A stretch of DNA of 64,000 bases, taken from IMG/VR virus record IMGVR_UViG_2882593062_000003; one strand, written 5' to 3'. The position numbers were made by a program, and so were the translations under genes. A model generated the notes under the pieces. The model saw only the letters and a program-made list of their open reading frames with translations. It searched no databases and had not been told where the DNA came from. This document shows, piece after piece, positions 41,558 through 51,539 of this stretch; the stretch's first letter is position 1, and each line of letters starts with the position of its first letter. This stretch comes from an uncultured virus (IMG/VR IMGVR_UViG_2882593062_000003). Its lineage: Duplodnaviria; Heunggongvirae; Uroviricota; Caudoviricetes.

Positions 41558-42065
41558 ATTGTATTTTTACCTTTGATTCTCTATAAAAATTCTTGTAATC
41601 TTGGGTGCAGTTAATTAATATTTTTATATTTTATATTATTTTAAATTTTTCTGGTTTCCTCTTTCATGTAATTGTTTGCTTGTATATATTCTTTGGTCTT
41701 TTTATTTTATTCAGCCCTCTCTCTTACCTACCTCGATTTAAGGTTTTGGCGTCGATTTACTTTGGCTGGCTCTTAAACTATTTGTTTCAGCTTTTATTTT
41801 CCTGACTTCCGCTTTTCTGATTGTTATCATGTTTTTTTGCCTAAGGGCTTACTAATACTCTCAGGTTTTACTCTGAGCCGGTGAATTTATCCCTATTCCG
41901 TTCTTGAAAGAGGACTTTTCCTTTATGGGTATTGGTCTAAGTGAGCAAAAAGGGCAAATTTCCCCTGATATACGGGAATTTTACCCTTGACGGTCGATCC
42001 TGCCTGAGCCAACTTTATCACCTCATTCTATAATGGTCGTTTGTTCATCTAATCCAGATGAGGTT

Positions 42066-43325
42066 ATGAAGCTACTTCTACTCTTCCTGCCTGCGTGGCT
42101 TGTTTTTGCGGCCACCTACGTGCAACCCGAGATTAAATTTACCAAAGTGAATTCTTCTTTCATGCGTAAGCCCGGTGTGGTCACACAGGCCGTTGGGCTT
42201 ACGGCAAAGAAGGTGACTACCGCTCAAAATGTCACCATCAAACGGCTTTCAGGTCCGGGCAGTGGCGTAAGTCTTCACACTGACCCTACCGTTCATTCGT
42301 TTTCAACGCCAGGTGAATCCAGTTGGTCCGTTATTTTGGATGTCTCGGATGATACGACTAAAAAAGACACCGAATACCACACCTTAGAGCTAACCTATAC
42401 TTATCTGGACGCGGCCAATAATTCAGTCACCAAGACAGAAACCCATGTGGTGGCCTTGACCGCTTTCCGGGAGGACCCACCGGCGCCGGTGCTGATCCGG
42501 GATGATGTGCTGCTGTTTACCGGCTCGAATATCGATCCGGCTAATGATGGGGCCGCTCTGACCAGCTTTTCCTTTGAAACCATCTTTAAACTCGATTTAG
42601 GGAAAGGCTTCCATATGCGGCTGGGGGGCTATTCTAACCGAAACTTCTCTACAGACTCCGCGACGGCTTTGCCTCAGACCCGGTATATTACAACCACTCC
42701 CGGCATCCCGGCAGAGGTTGGTAAGACCCAGCTAGTAGTGCAGCGGTTCGTTCAGGATGTGCGGACCACCACCCGCAGCGCCGGGTTATATGCGGATCTG
42801 TTTTATACCTTAGCGGGTAAGAAATCGAAAGACTTCCGGCTGTCAGTCACCAGTCATTTTGAGTATGTCCGGCGTAAGATCATTCCCACCGTGGCCTTTG
42901 TCAACGTAGGAGACACCGATACAATAACCTATACGCAAGCGCTGGCTGATCGAAGAATTGTGATTCAGAGTAGCCTGACGACCAGTGAAAACGCTTTTGT
43001 CCCAAGACGAAACCTGGATCAGTATTTTATCACCGCAGGGATCGCCATTGAGAAGGCTACCCGGTTATTTGACATATTCTTTCAACCTTTAGGAGGGGTA
43101 GTGGTTAACAACTTGAAGTATTCACACCGGCCCAACCAGCTATTTGTCAGCAGTTATTTTACACTAGGCGTTAGAGCGCAGGCCACCATCAAGCTGCTGG
43201 ATGTGACGCTGGCGATTGACTTAAAAGACATCAATACCTCCAGTCCGTTTACGAATGTCTCCATCGGCATCCCGGTTTCCGGTAAAAAACTGACCGAACG
43301 GGTAAAAGAATTGTCAGGAGGCTGA
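42066..43325 (+). CDS. secreted/outer-membrane beta-rich protein
   Basis: Signal-like MKLLLLFLPAWLVFAA; alternating amphipathic strands in C-terminal half. Confidence 0.6.
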   Translation: MKLLLLFLPAWLVFAATYVQPEIKFTKVNSSFMRKPGVVTQAVGLTAKKVTTAQNVTIKRLSGPGSGVSLHTDPTVHSFSTPGESSWSVILDVSDDTTKKDTEYHTLELTYTYLDAANNSVTKTETHVVALTAFREDPPAPVLIRDDVLLFTGSNIDPANDGAALTSFSFETIFKLDLGKGFHMRLGGYSNRNFSTDSATALPQTRYITTTPGIPAEVGKTQLVVQRFVQDVRTTTRSAGLYADLFYTLAGKKSKDFRLSVTSHFEYVRRKIIPTVAFVNVGDTDTITYTQALADRRIVIQSSLTTSENAFVPRRNLDQYFITAGIAIEKATRLFDIFFQPLGGVVVNNLKYSHRPNQLFVSSYFTLGVRAQATIKLLDVTLAIDLKDINTSSPFTNVSIGIPVSGKKLTERVKELSGG

Positions 43326-43340
43326 ACCAAACCAAGAATA

Positions 43341-43428
43341 GAAGCCCCGAAGGTTGTCCTTCGGGGCTTTTGCCTCTTGAGCAATGAATATTGAGCAAAA
43401 ACACACCGGAAGGCTTCCGGTGTGTTTT
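43341..43428. terminator. two tandem terminator hairpins
   Basis: aagccccgaagg/ccttcggggctt and aaaacacaccggaag/cttccggtgtgtttt. Confidence 0.75.
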
Positions 43429-43596
43429 ACTTTTAAGAAGATAAATTCTATATGATAGATAAGAATAATTACCTTAGAGTCAAGCTGAAAACATATCTAA
43501 TAGGATGATACCCATTTATTTAACGAGGTATGTAAATATTTTATAGGGTATCTTATATTAATTAAACAATGGAAATTGTCCTTAAAAAATTAATAT

Positions 43597-44475
43597 ATGA
43601 TAGATATATCCGCTGAGTATATACTTTATTTCAGCATGATCGCAGCCATTGCTTTTGGTGTTGGAGTCTACCATAACTTAATCGAATCAGGTTACATCCC
43701 GCCTGAGGGCCTACTTGAAACGTTTAGATTGATGAGATTTTCAGAAGAAAATTTAGAAAAGATTGATTCTGTACATACTCTTCCTAAGTTTTCCATAACA
43801 GAAGATGATATAGAAAACGCAGATGAAAGACTAAAAAGATTTCATGAAAAATATCTAGATTTTGAATCAAACAAACTACTTACTTATAAAAGCCTAGATT
43901 TACGTTTAGCAAGAAATGAAAATAATGTTGTCGTAATGTTATTTTTATCAATAATTATGTCGGGTCTATTGATCTTTACAGTTCCCTGGTCTGGTATTTT
44001 ATCTTCACGTGATGAGGTCAGGGAGAAAGTAAAGGGCAAATCAATTACGCTTCTGATTCATCCTCTTGAGCGGTATAATACCATGATGCAAATAATTGGC
44101 TCGATAGCTTCATTGATAATAATATGCTCAGTCCTTGATTTAATTCTTCCTAGGTCCTGGGGCGTAATTATTACCATTATTGGATCAATTGAAATAATTA
44201 TTTTCCTGTACTATTGCATAAAACTAACCATTAAACAAATTGAATGGAAAAATGGCTGGAAGGAAATTCTAGATTATATTATGCAAAAGTCCACCCTTGA
44301 AAAAGATCATGATTTGCATAATAGGGCACTTTTACTTAAACAAAACGTTTCAATGTATCCAGATATTCCAATTTCCCAACTCCAAAAGGCAGGTGTAGTC
44401 ATATTTGCTCTATTGCAATTTCTTGTTCCAAGAATTATAACTTTTTTTAGCTTAAAAGATTTTACAGTTTTTTAA
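43597..44475 (+). CDS. multi-TM hypothetical protein (AT-rich cargo)
   Basis: 292 aa, about five hydrophobic helices. Confidence 0.65.
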   Translation: MIDISAEYILYFSMIAAIAFGVGVYHNLIESGYIPPEGLLETFRLMRFSEENLEKIDSVHTLPKFSITEDDIENADERLKRFHEKYLDFESNKLLTYKSLDLRLARNENNVVVMLFLSIIMSGLLIFTVPWSGILSSRDEVREKVKGKSITLLIHPLERYNTMMQIIGSIASLIIICSVLDLILPRSWGVIITIIGSIEIIIFLYYCIKLTIKQIEWKNGWKEILDYIMQKSTLEKDHDLHNRALLLKQNVSMYPDIPISQLQKAGVVIFALLQFLVPRIITFFSLKDFTVF

Positions 44476-44614
44476 GAGTAGCTTTTCAACGTGTTAATCT
44501 GAAAATTTATAGTTAATTGTATAACAAATCTAGAATTTCAGTATGTCTTTCAAATTTGGATTAATAAGTTAAAACCATAAAAATTAAGAGAGATTTATCT
44601 TAACTTACCTCTCT

Positions 44615-44675
44615 GCTACCAGACTGCGACCATACTCCCATCACCTCGCAGTCCTATGCACTCCTTTCGCTTATT
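44615..44675 (+). promoter_or_regulatory. leader element copy 4 (inverted) with MHSFRL gene-start remnant
   Basis: GCTACCAGACTGCG-N18-CGCAGTCCT-ATGCACTCCTTTCGCTTA. Confidence 0.8.
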
Positions 44676-44676
44676 A

Positions 44677-44736
44677 AGCCTACGCAATAAAGAAGCCCTA
44701 AAGGTTGACCAACAGGGCTTCTCTATTGCGTAGGCT
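44677..44736. terminator. 23-bp-arm hairpin at the TMP stop
   Basis: agcctacgcaataaagaagccct / agggcttctctattgcgtaggct, one mismatch. Confidence 0.7.
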
Positions 44737-47700
44737 ATCTTTTGCCTAAATACCGTGATTGATTGAGCAAAATCCGCCTTGATGTTCCCTCTACGATCGT
44801 CCGGGTAAACCCGTTCTCATCAATATTTAGCTGCAAGCGGGGTCGTTTTTCCAACTCATCAGCTAAGGCAGCCGCAATTTCTCTGGCACTGGGACCGGAC
44901 CTGCCGCCAGCCTGAGCCATAGCCGTACGATAAACCATCCGGTCCCTTCCTAATTTTTGGTAAGAAGCCTCCTGTTGGGCAATTTGAGACAATAGACTGC
45001 TGGCGGAAAACGCCCGATCATCTGAAAGGAGCTTTTCCGTTAACCGGTTCGGCAGAATCACATCGTCTTTGCCAACCTGAATCAGTGAAGGCTTGTCGAC
45101 CAGTTGAACGCCGGAGTCATTGAACCAGAGTTCTCTGCCTGCCTCTCCTGCAATCGCCGGTCCTTCGTAGCGATCTAAATTGTCTAACCCCTTACCCTCT
45201 TTAAACTGAGGGATGGGCCGGGCTAAAACCGCAGCCGTTTGAATGGCCGCAATCACGCCCAACGCTACGTTGAGGGGTGCGGCTAAGACCGGCGTAAGCG
45301 TGGCATTGTTCTTCATGATGCCTTTGGCTAATTCTAAGCCAATGGAAAAAACGGCCTGCGCTTTTTCAGCAATCGCCTGTCTGCGCTTGATTTGAGCCGA
45401 CTGCGCATCATACTTTTGCTCAATCATGGCAATAGTAGCCCGTTTGGATTCTTCGGACATCCGGGCAAAACCGTCACTTTGCTCAATTTTTTCGATTTCG
45501 GCCTCCTTCTTCTTTTCTACATCATCTAAATCTTTATTTCGGAAATCATTGAGGAGGCTAAAGTAACTGTTCATCGCTTCCTCAGACGCCTGAAAGTACA
45601 ATCCTTCCAATTGCTCCTTGGCCTCCGTTGCCTTTCGTGCCGCTTCAACTTCGGCTTCGGCGGTCTCTTCCGCGGTTTTTACCTTCGCGTCGGCCAGTGC
45701 CTTATTCCTTTTGGCTTCCTCATCCTCCAGTTTCTTTAATTTTTCCTGTTTGAGCCTTTGTATTTCCATTTCAGCATCAGCTCTTTGCTTGGCGGTAAGA
45801 TTCCCTTTTTTGAGGAGGTCTTCCAGGACGTCTATCTCCGCGTTATAAGCCTCCTCAATGGTTACGGCCTGCTGGGCGTAGCTTTCCGTAACCGCATTGG
45901 TCAAATCCTCCAGATACTTTAGGCGGAGGTTATGCAACTCCTCGTCGCGCTGCTCCTCGGTGATCTTCCGTTTCGCGTAGGCGACGCTTATTTTGCGTTC
46001 TTCCTCGGCATAGTACAAATCCAGATTCGCCAACCGTTTGGTTAGGCCGTTCTGTTCGGCATCGCCGATCTGTTTGAGGGCCTCCTTCGCTTCCGACAGG
46101 GCTTCCTTCCATTTTTCGCCCTCCAGCTTGTTTTTGGCCTTCAGGTAGTCGGCGTCGGCGTCCAGAATGTCGCGGGTGGCCTCCTTGAACTCCTCAGATT
46201 CGGCCTTATGGTATTGGTGCAGGATCTTCTGACGGGCGATCGCGCCGGCCACGGTAAGATCATGCCGCTTTTTGATGTAGTCGGCTTCCAGTATCTCTCC
46301 GTTTTCAAACGCCCGTTCCAGTGCCTTGAGTTGTTCGGCCGTGGCGGATTCGGCGGCTTTCAGGGCGGCTTTCATCCGTTTTTCGGCTTCCTGCTCGGCT
46401 TTTTTCGGGTCGGTCTTTGGCCCGGCTGGTTTGGGCGGTCGGGCGGCTGCCGGAATGGCACCGGGATTGGTCGCCGGCTTCTGATCCGGCTTAGCCTGGG
46501 CCGTCCACAGGTCGGTCATGGCCTCTTTGGCGCTTTTCAGATCGTCGATCAACTTGTCGACCGAAATGCGCTGGTCGATCTCGAATTCGGCTCCGAAAAA
46601 GTTGGCGACCTCCTTGCCTTTCTTGATCAGCAGGTTGTAGGCGTCGACAACCAGCAGGACGCTGGTCGCTACCAGAATCAGCGAGGTACCTACCAGCCGC
46701 ATGACCAGATTCAGACTGTCGGTGACGATCGTAGAGGCTTTCGCCTTCGACTCGTAGCCGAAGAACTGCTTGATCATCGTTCCGATGGAGGCCCCCACTT
46801 CGTAGAAAATGCCGAGAATCTTCGTAAAACTCTCCCGAACTGGGGCCGTACCCTTCCAGATGTCGATCAGTGCGTCGATGAGCTGGTTGGCCAGGCTGAT
46901 GATGCCCGCAAATGAGGTTTTCATGTCCCCGCCCAGTGTCGTTTTCAGCCGGTCGAAGTTATCGCCCAAGTTCGACAGCTGACCTTCGAGGGTTCCGGAG
47001 ATTTTGGCCGTCATGCCCATCACGCCCGGCATTTCCCCGAAGGCGGTGATGGCTTCCATGACGCCCTGCTCGGTGCGGGCGACCTCCTTGGTGACTCCTT
47101 TAAAGGTCAGCGATACTTTATCGCCGTTGGTTTTGGCCTTGATGCCGAATTCGTTCCAGCGTTCGGTGTTGTTGATGTCGTTGATGGCCTCGACCAGATC
47201 CTTCATCGGCTTGCCGGTGGCGTTCGACACGTCAGCCAGCTTCATCAGTTCCTCCTGACCCGGGCGCAGACCGCGGTTGGCCATCTTGATGTAGGCATCG
47301 GTCAGTTCGTCGACGCCAAAGTTGGTCTGGGCAGCAAACTTCTGAATCATCTGGAACGCGGCCGCCCCAGCTTCCGTGCTTCCTAACGTGGTCGCTAAAA
47401 TCGCGTTGTATTTCTCAAACTTGGCGGTTAGGTCTAATACGTCTTTTCCGAAGTCAATGACCATCTGGCCGACTTCTTTTACCGCTTCGAGGGCAAATAG
47501 CTGTTTGGCGACCGATCCAATGCCTCCCGCAAAGCCACCGAGCGATTTGGGATAGTTACCGACATTGCGCCCGAAACTGCCCATGGTCGCGTCCATCTTT
47601 TTGAGGGCCGCGTCCGCTTTGGCAATGTCTTTACTGAGTTGGACGGCTTCATGGTTGAACTGATTCAGCTCCCCTGTATTCTTGTCGAAAGCTGAATCAA

Positions 47701-48259
47701 GGCCGCGCAGCCGCGCCTTCATCTCGCCCAGATGCTTCGACAGGGCATCGTAAGAGCCGGCGGCCGCGTTGTTGGTCTGGGTAGCCTTCTGGGTTGCCTT
47801 GATCAGGGCGTCGTAGGAGCGGGTCGACTGGGCAACCTGCTGTTCGATCTCCTTCTTCCGCTTCAGGTCGGACTTCTGGGTCAGGTCGAGTTTGGTGTAC
47901 TCGTCCCTGAGCGCCTTCATCTGCTTTTCCAGATGGCCCACCATCTCGGCGTTGCCGGCCACGACCTGCTCGTTGAAGCGCAGGGCTTCCGAGTTGGCTT
48001 TATAGGCTTTCGTGGACTCCATGACGAAGTCCTTCAGGCCCATCAGATCTTCCTTGGCACCTTTCTGGGAGGTATTCAGCGAGACGACCTGATCCTTATA
48101 GGAGGCAATTTCGGCCTTCAGCCGGGATACCGAGTCGGCGATGATCCGGTTGATGTTGACGGACGACTTGCCGTAATCCTCGTTGGCGGCTTTCAGGCGT
48201 TCGATCTGGAGGAGGATGTCTTTGACATCAGCCAGATCATCGAAACGAATGGGTTCCAT
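44735..48259 (-). CDS. phage tail tape measure protein
   Basis: Long helical Ala/Lys/Glu-rich protein; RNVGNY; FAA.T.F.V.EL tape-measure domain; GQLSNLGD; C-terminal IPQF.EG...AGEAGRE. Confidence 0.9.
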   Translation of the reverse strand: MEPIRFDDLADVKDILLQIERLKAANEDYGKSSVNINRIIADSVSRLKAEIASYKDQVVSLNTSQKGAKEDLMGLKDFVMESTKAYKANSEALRFNEQVVAGNAEMVGHLEKQMKALRDEYTKLDLTQKSDLKRKKEIEQQVAQSTRSYDALIKATQKATQTNNAAAGSYDALSKHLGEMKARLRGLDSAFDKNTGELNQFNHEAVQLSKDIAKADAALKKMDATMGSFGRNVGNYPKSLGGFAGGIGSVAKQLFALEAVKEVGQMVIDFGKDVLDLTAKFEKYNAILATTLGSTEAGAAAFQMIQKFAAQTNFGVDELTDAYIKMANRGLRPGQEELMKLADVSNATGKPMKDLVEAINDINNTERWNEFGIKAKTNGDKVSLTFKGVTKEVARTEQGVMEAITAFGEMPGVMGMTAKISGTLEGQLSNLGDNFDRLKTTLGGDMKTSFAGIISLANQLIDALIDIWKGTAPVRESFTKILGIFYEVGASIGTMIKQFFGYESKAKASTIVTDSLNLVMRLVGTSLILVATSVLLVVDAYNLLIKKGKEVANFFGAEFEIDQRISVDKLIDDLKSAKEAMTDLWTAQAKPDQKPATNPGAIPAAARPPKPAGPKTDPKKAEQEAEKRMKAALKAAESATAEQLKALERAFENGEILEADYIKKRHDLTVAGAIARQKILHQYHKAESEEFKEATRDILDADADYLKAKNKLEGEKWKEALSEAKEALKQIGDAEQNGLTKRLANLDLYYAEEERKISVAYAKRKITEEQRDEELHNLRLKYLEDLTNAVTESYAQQAVTIEEAYNAEIDVLEDLLKKGNLTAKQRADAEMEIQRLKQEKLKKLEDEEAKRNKALADAKVKTAEETAEAEVEAARKATEAKEQLEGLYFQASEEAMNSYFSLLNDFRNKDLDDVEKKKEAEIEKIEQSDGFARMSEESKRATIAMIEQKYDAQSAQIKRRQAIAEKAQAVFSIGLELAKGIMKNNATLTPVLAAPLNVALGVIAAIQTAAVLARPIPQFKEGKGLDNLDRYEGPAIAGEAGRELWFNDSGVQLVDKPSLIQVGKDDVILPNRLTEKLLSDDRAFSASSLLSQIAQQEASYQKLGRDRMVYRTAMAQAGGRSGPSAREIAAALADELEKRPRLQLNIDENGFTRTIVEGTSRRILLNQSRYLGKR

Positions 48260-48321
48260 GGACTGCGTAGCGATGGGATGGAAATGGGCCGCAGTCCGGT
48301 AGCGGGAAGTATGTAAAAGTA
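48257..48321 (-). promoter_or_regulatory. leader element copy 5
   Basis: TACTTTTA..GCTACCGGACTGCG-N22-CGCAGTCC-ATG of the TMP gene. Confidence 0.8.
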
Positions 48322-48381
48322 CCTTTAAATTCTAAATTCAGGGCCAATTCAACCACAAGTTAATGGCGCCCCTCCGTGATG

Positions 48382-48972
48382 TTAGTCGGTCGAGTCAAAC
48401 GGAGGACGCTTCTTCCGGAAAACTCTCTGTATGAGTGGCGGCTTCTTTGATTCGAAAGAGGGCACGAAAGCAGAGCCAGATCCATTTTTAGCGCCTCTAC
48501 TCATCGCAATATAACGCTGGTATTTCAAATCAAGCTCTCCGTACAAATCCTGATATTCCTCAAGTAAGTTCTGAATTTTCTGATCATCCAGGGACGTGTT
48601 GAAACGTGTCCTATTTGCACGTTCACGTAAACTAAGATACCCGGACGCTCCGGTATAAAGATCAAGAACTTCTACATCTTTAAGCCCTGAGTTCACTAAT
48701 AACGATATCAAGCCGGAAATAACTGAGAAACCGGCTGCAATCAGCTTCATTGCTGGATCAGGAGTATAATCCGCAAGGACAGAAGTAACCGTAGCCGCAG
48801 ATAACAAAGACAATACCCCTGCTGTAATATTGAGCCTTTTACGACGATAAGTCTGTCTGCTGGCAACTTCAAGAAGCATGTCACGCTTTTGGGCAGCATT
48901 CCTTGCCAGTCGCCTAAATTCATATTCCAAATCTTCTTCCATCCGTTCGAGGGAGGGTTTTGTTGAATACAA
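48382..48972 (-). CDS. SLATT-like two-TM protein
   Basis: Helix, two TM segments, A..Y..LRE pattern; low-GC insert. Confidence 0.55.
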   Translation of the reverse strand: MYSTKPSLERMEEDLEYEFRRLARNAAQKRDMLLEVASRQTYRRKRLNITAGVLSLLSAATVTSVLADYTPDPAMKLIAAGFSVISGLISLLVNSGLKDVEVLDLYTGASGYLSLRERANRTRFNTSLDDQKIQNLLEEYQDLYGELDLKYQRYIAMSRGAKNGSGSAFVPSFESKKPPLIQRVFRKKRPPFDSTD

Positions 48973-49024
48973 TTTAGCAGTTAATTGATTACAACTGAAG
49001 ATATTAAATAAAAAGGTAAGGCCT

Positions 49025-49822
49025 TCAGCAACGATTTACTTCACTGAATTCGGTCTGATACATTTCAAACGAGCCCTCAGATAGTCTACGATGCCCATTT
49101 CCTGACGAATAGCCCGACTTAAGACTATAGGGGCGGCCATTGATTAGAATATCCTTGTGCCTTAGCATGGTCATAAACCCTTCATGCCCGAACGCATCCG
49201 TGAGCGGGGTGCGGAAGGGAACGACCAGATCCTGATTGATCTGCACAGCTACATGGCGGCCCGTGGTCACTTCCTGATAATCCTCAATCTGCGTATCCGC
49301 CTGGGGAACGCCTGTATAGCACTTCAGCCGCAACACCTGCCGGAAGCCGTTCAGCTCGGGTTTGTCGTAAGGGATGCTGGCCAGCGCCCGCCGGTTCCGG
49401 AACGAAAACAGCGCCGATCCGTTGTCATTCCCCGACGGGCAGTACCAGACGCGGTTCGAAATCCAGTTCACCCCGCCGGTCTCCGACTGGATGATCAGCC
49501 GGTAGTACCCTTCCGGAAGTCCGGACGGTATGGTGATCTGAGCTATGTAGTTGAACACGCTCGGCCGGATCTCGACCGGCGTCAGGTTGCCGATGCCCGC
49601 GGCCATGGGCTTCAGGTCGTTGCTGCGCAGGTGAATCGGGAAATCCCCAACGGGCATCCCGTCGGGCGCGTTGATGAAAAACGAATAGGTTTCGCCTGGT
49701 ACCAGCAGCACCGAGGCGGCCATCTTACCCAAAAAGCCGGATTCCGGAAGGCTGTGGAGGTCTTCAGGTTCCGGAGCGGTCTTTGACCAGACCAGAAAGT
49801 TAAAGCGGTTCTGCAGGGCCAT
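49025..49822 (-). CDS. phage tail-associated protein (265 aa)
   Basis: In tail operon, coupled to the upstream gene. Confidence 0.6.
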   Translation of the reverse strand: MALQNRFNFLVWSKTAPEPEDLHSLPESGFLGKMAASVLLVPGETYSFFINAPDGMPVGDFPIHLRSNDLKPMAAGIGNLTPVEIRPSVFNYIAQITIPSGLPEGYYRLIIQSETGGVNWISNRVWYCPSGNDNGSALFSFRNRRALASIPYDKPELNGFRQVLRLKCYTGVPQADTQIEDYQEVTTGRHVAVQINQDLVVPFRTPLTDAFGHEGFMTMLRHKDILINGRPYSLKSGYSSGNGHRRLSEGSFEMYQTEFSEVNRC

Positions 49823-50175
49823 CAGCGTACAGGTTTGTATTTCTCCTGGAGAGCTTCGTAAAAGCTCCAGTAATCGTAAGTCGTTGTTTCATCAGTTACC
49901 GGCAGCCCTTCCAGCTGCATGGCGACCCGGTTTTTCCGGTATTGCTTCCGCAGGCTGTCGACCGCATTGTCCGGATGCTTGTAGTCCAGCACCGGTGGGG
50001 TATGCTGATCGGTGATTCGTTTCAGCAGGTCGGCCTGCCGCATCGCCAGGTGCGGATCGTCCGGAATCAGCTGGCTGTCGATTTCCACCAGCAGCCATTC
50101 CTGCAGCAGTTCGGCCTGAGCCTGCTCGGGATCCGGAAACCGGTCCGGAAACGTCTCGCCGAGGTCGGCGTTCAG
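49822..50175 (-). CDS. tail assembly chaperone T segment (-1 frameshift extension)
   Basis: Open -1 frame from the slippery site: KKLNADLGETFPDRF...KYKPVR. Confidence 0.7.
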   Translation of the reverse strand: MNADLGETFPDRFPDPEQAQAELLQEWLLVEIDSQLIPDDPHLAMRQADLLKRITDQHTPPVLDYKHPDNAVDSLRKQYRKNRVAMQLEGLPVTDETTTYDYWSFYEALQEKYKPVR

Positions 50176-50588
50176 TTTTTTTTTACGGCCGGCAGCGTTT
50201 CCGCTACCATCTCATCAGTCAGACCCTCGTCGGAGAGTCGTTTCACCAGCCGTTCCAGCCCCTCTTCGGTCCAGTCCTCCCACGGCTGGCCGTCGACGGT
50301 CGCCACCAGACAGGCCAGCGAAAGCGACCGGGCCGACAGCTGCTTATGCAGCAGGTTGAAAAACAGATACCGGAGGTTGTTGATGGCGGTCATAAACTCG
50401 TCCTTCCGGTCGGCATTAGCCAGTGCCAGCAGCCCGTCGAAATGCCGGTCGACATCGTCGATCGATGATCCGACGCCCGACTCGATCAGCTGGTAACAGT
50501 CGGCCTCCACGCGCCGGCTTTCGGGCAGCTTTCGGGCCGAATCGTAGAATTCGACGACACATCCGGACGGTAAGGTCAGTGAGGTCAT
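50172..50588 (-). CDS. tail assembly chaperone G-like protein
   Basis: Start MTSLTLPSG; ends GTA AAA AAA AAC TGA (VKKN*), a slippery A AAA AAC. Confidence 0.75.
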   Translation of the reverse strand: MTSLTLPSGCVVEFYDSARKLPESRRVEADCYQLIESGVGSSIDDVDRHFDGLLALANADRKDEFMTAINNLRYLFFNLLHKQLSARSLSLACLVATVDGQPWEDWTEEGLERLVKRLSDEGLTDEMVAETLPAVKKN

Positions 50589-50848
50589 TTCAGGGTCAGG
50601 CGGTTTAGGATGGCTTGGATGGGAATGGCGGCAAAAGGGACTAGCAGGTAAACGCTGTTCGGAATCAGCGTCAGCAGAACGAAGACCCCGTAACCGATCC
50701 AGAACGCCCGGCAGAGGCTGCACGGATTCGATGGCCAGTACTTCGACCAGAACCGGTGCGTATTCATATAGTCGTCGACCTTCCACTTCTCCAGCAGGAT
50801 GACGCCGGTCGAGCCGCACAGGATGGTCAACAGCAGGTGAATCAGCAT
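50585..50848 (-). CDS. small membrane protein with CxxC
   Basis: PCSLCRAFW plus TM helices; coupled to neighbours. Confidence 0.6.
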   Translation of the reverse strand: MLIHLLLTILCGSTGVILLEKWKVDDYMNTHRFWSKYWPSNPCSLCRAFWIGYGVFVLLTLIPNSVYLLVPFAAIPIQAILNRLTLK

Positions 50849-51381
50849 GCGACGTAGTAGTTGACGGCGATTTCAATTCGGAACGCCCGGTAGGGATACG
50901 CGTTGAAGCGGTCCTGAAGGCCGGCCAGCGAGAATCCCGGGTAGACGTTCTGCGGATGGTCGAACGCCCGGCTGACGGCCGACACGCAGGACAGTTCGCG
51001 AAGCCGGTTGATGACGGCGTGCTTCAGGCTCTCGATCGAAGGATTGGCCTGTTCCAGCGCCTTCAGGTTGACCCAGACGATCACCGAGAGGGTGCGTTCG
51101 CCCAGGTGGCCGAAGCCCGTCAGCCGCTCGTCATCGTGGGTAAGCAGGGCGCTGAACGTATCCAGCTCGTCGTTGGGGTAGGCTTCGTAGTACTCCCCCT
51201 CGGCCCGGAACACCCACGGCCGCTGACCGCCCTGCTCATCCCGCTGCGGGTAGATGCGGCCCAGCGATCGGCCCGACAGCCAGGCCAGTTGGCCCAGATC
51301 GGACTGAAGAACCTTGCAAACGTGATCGACGCCTGTATCGGACAGTTGCGGAAGGGTAGGGGGTATCAGTGCCTGGCTCAT
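50842..51381 (-). CDS. tail terminator/completion-like protein
   Basis: 179 aa; ...YPYRAFRIEIAVNY ending; upstream of chaperones. Confidence 0.5.
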   Translation of the reverse strand: MSQALIPPTLPQLSDTGVDHVCKVLQSDLGQLAWLSGRSLGRIYPQRDEQGGQRPWVFRAEGEYYEAYPNDELDTFSALLTHDDERLTGFGHLGERTLSVIVWVNLKALEQANPSIESLKHAVINRLRELSCVSAVSRAFDHPQNVYPGFSLAGLQDRFNAYPYRAFRIEIAVNYYVAC

Positions 51382-51539
51382 GACGCGAATTGGGCCAGTA
51401 GAGTTTGAGACAGGCGTTTACTCCGCATAGCATCGTAGACTGCACTGTGGATTTCTTGTTTAACCTGCCGAAAGGAAAGTCTCATCCATAGAAGGATCAC
51501 CTTGTCGTCGGCAAAATCGTTAAAACGAAAGGAAAACAT
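51378..51539 (-). CDS. 53-aa chimeric ORF with TMP-like N-terminus
   Basis: MFSFRFNDFADDKVILL versus TMP MEPIRFDDLADVKDILL; coupled to the 179-aa gene. Confidence 0.5.
   Translation of the reverse strand: MFSFRFNDFADDKVILLWMRLSFRQVKQEIHSAVYDAMRSKRLSQTLLAQFAS

Larger units (their letters stand above)
31567..45220 (-). mobile_element. candidate cassette A inserted in the TMP gene (right boundary approximate)
   Basis: Lies between two versions of the TMP 3' end; contains recombinase core, LAGLIDADG gene and defence cargo. Confidence 0.6.

Noticed and set aside
31560..45225. Classical attL/attR direct repeat for cassette A
   Set aside because: The two TMP junction sequences differ at many synonymous positions; no identical core found by eye.
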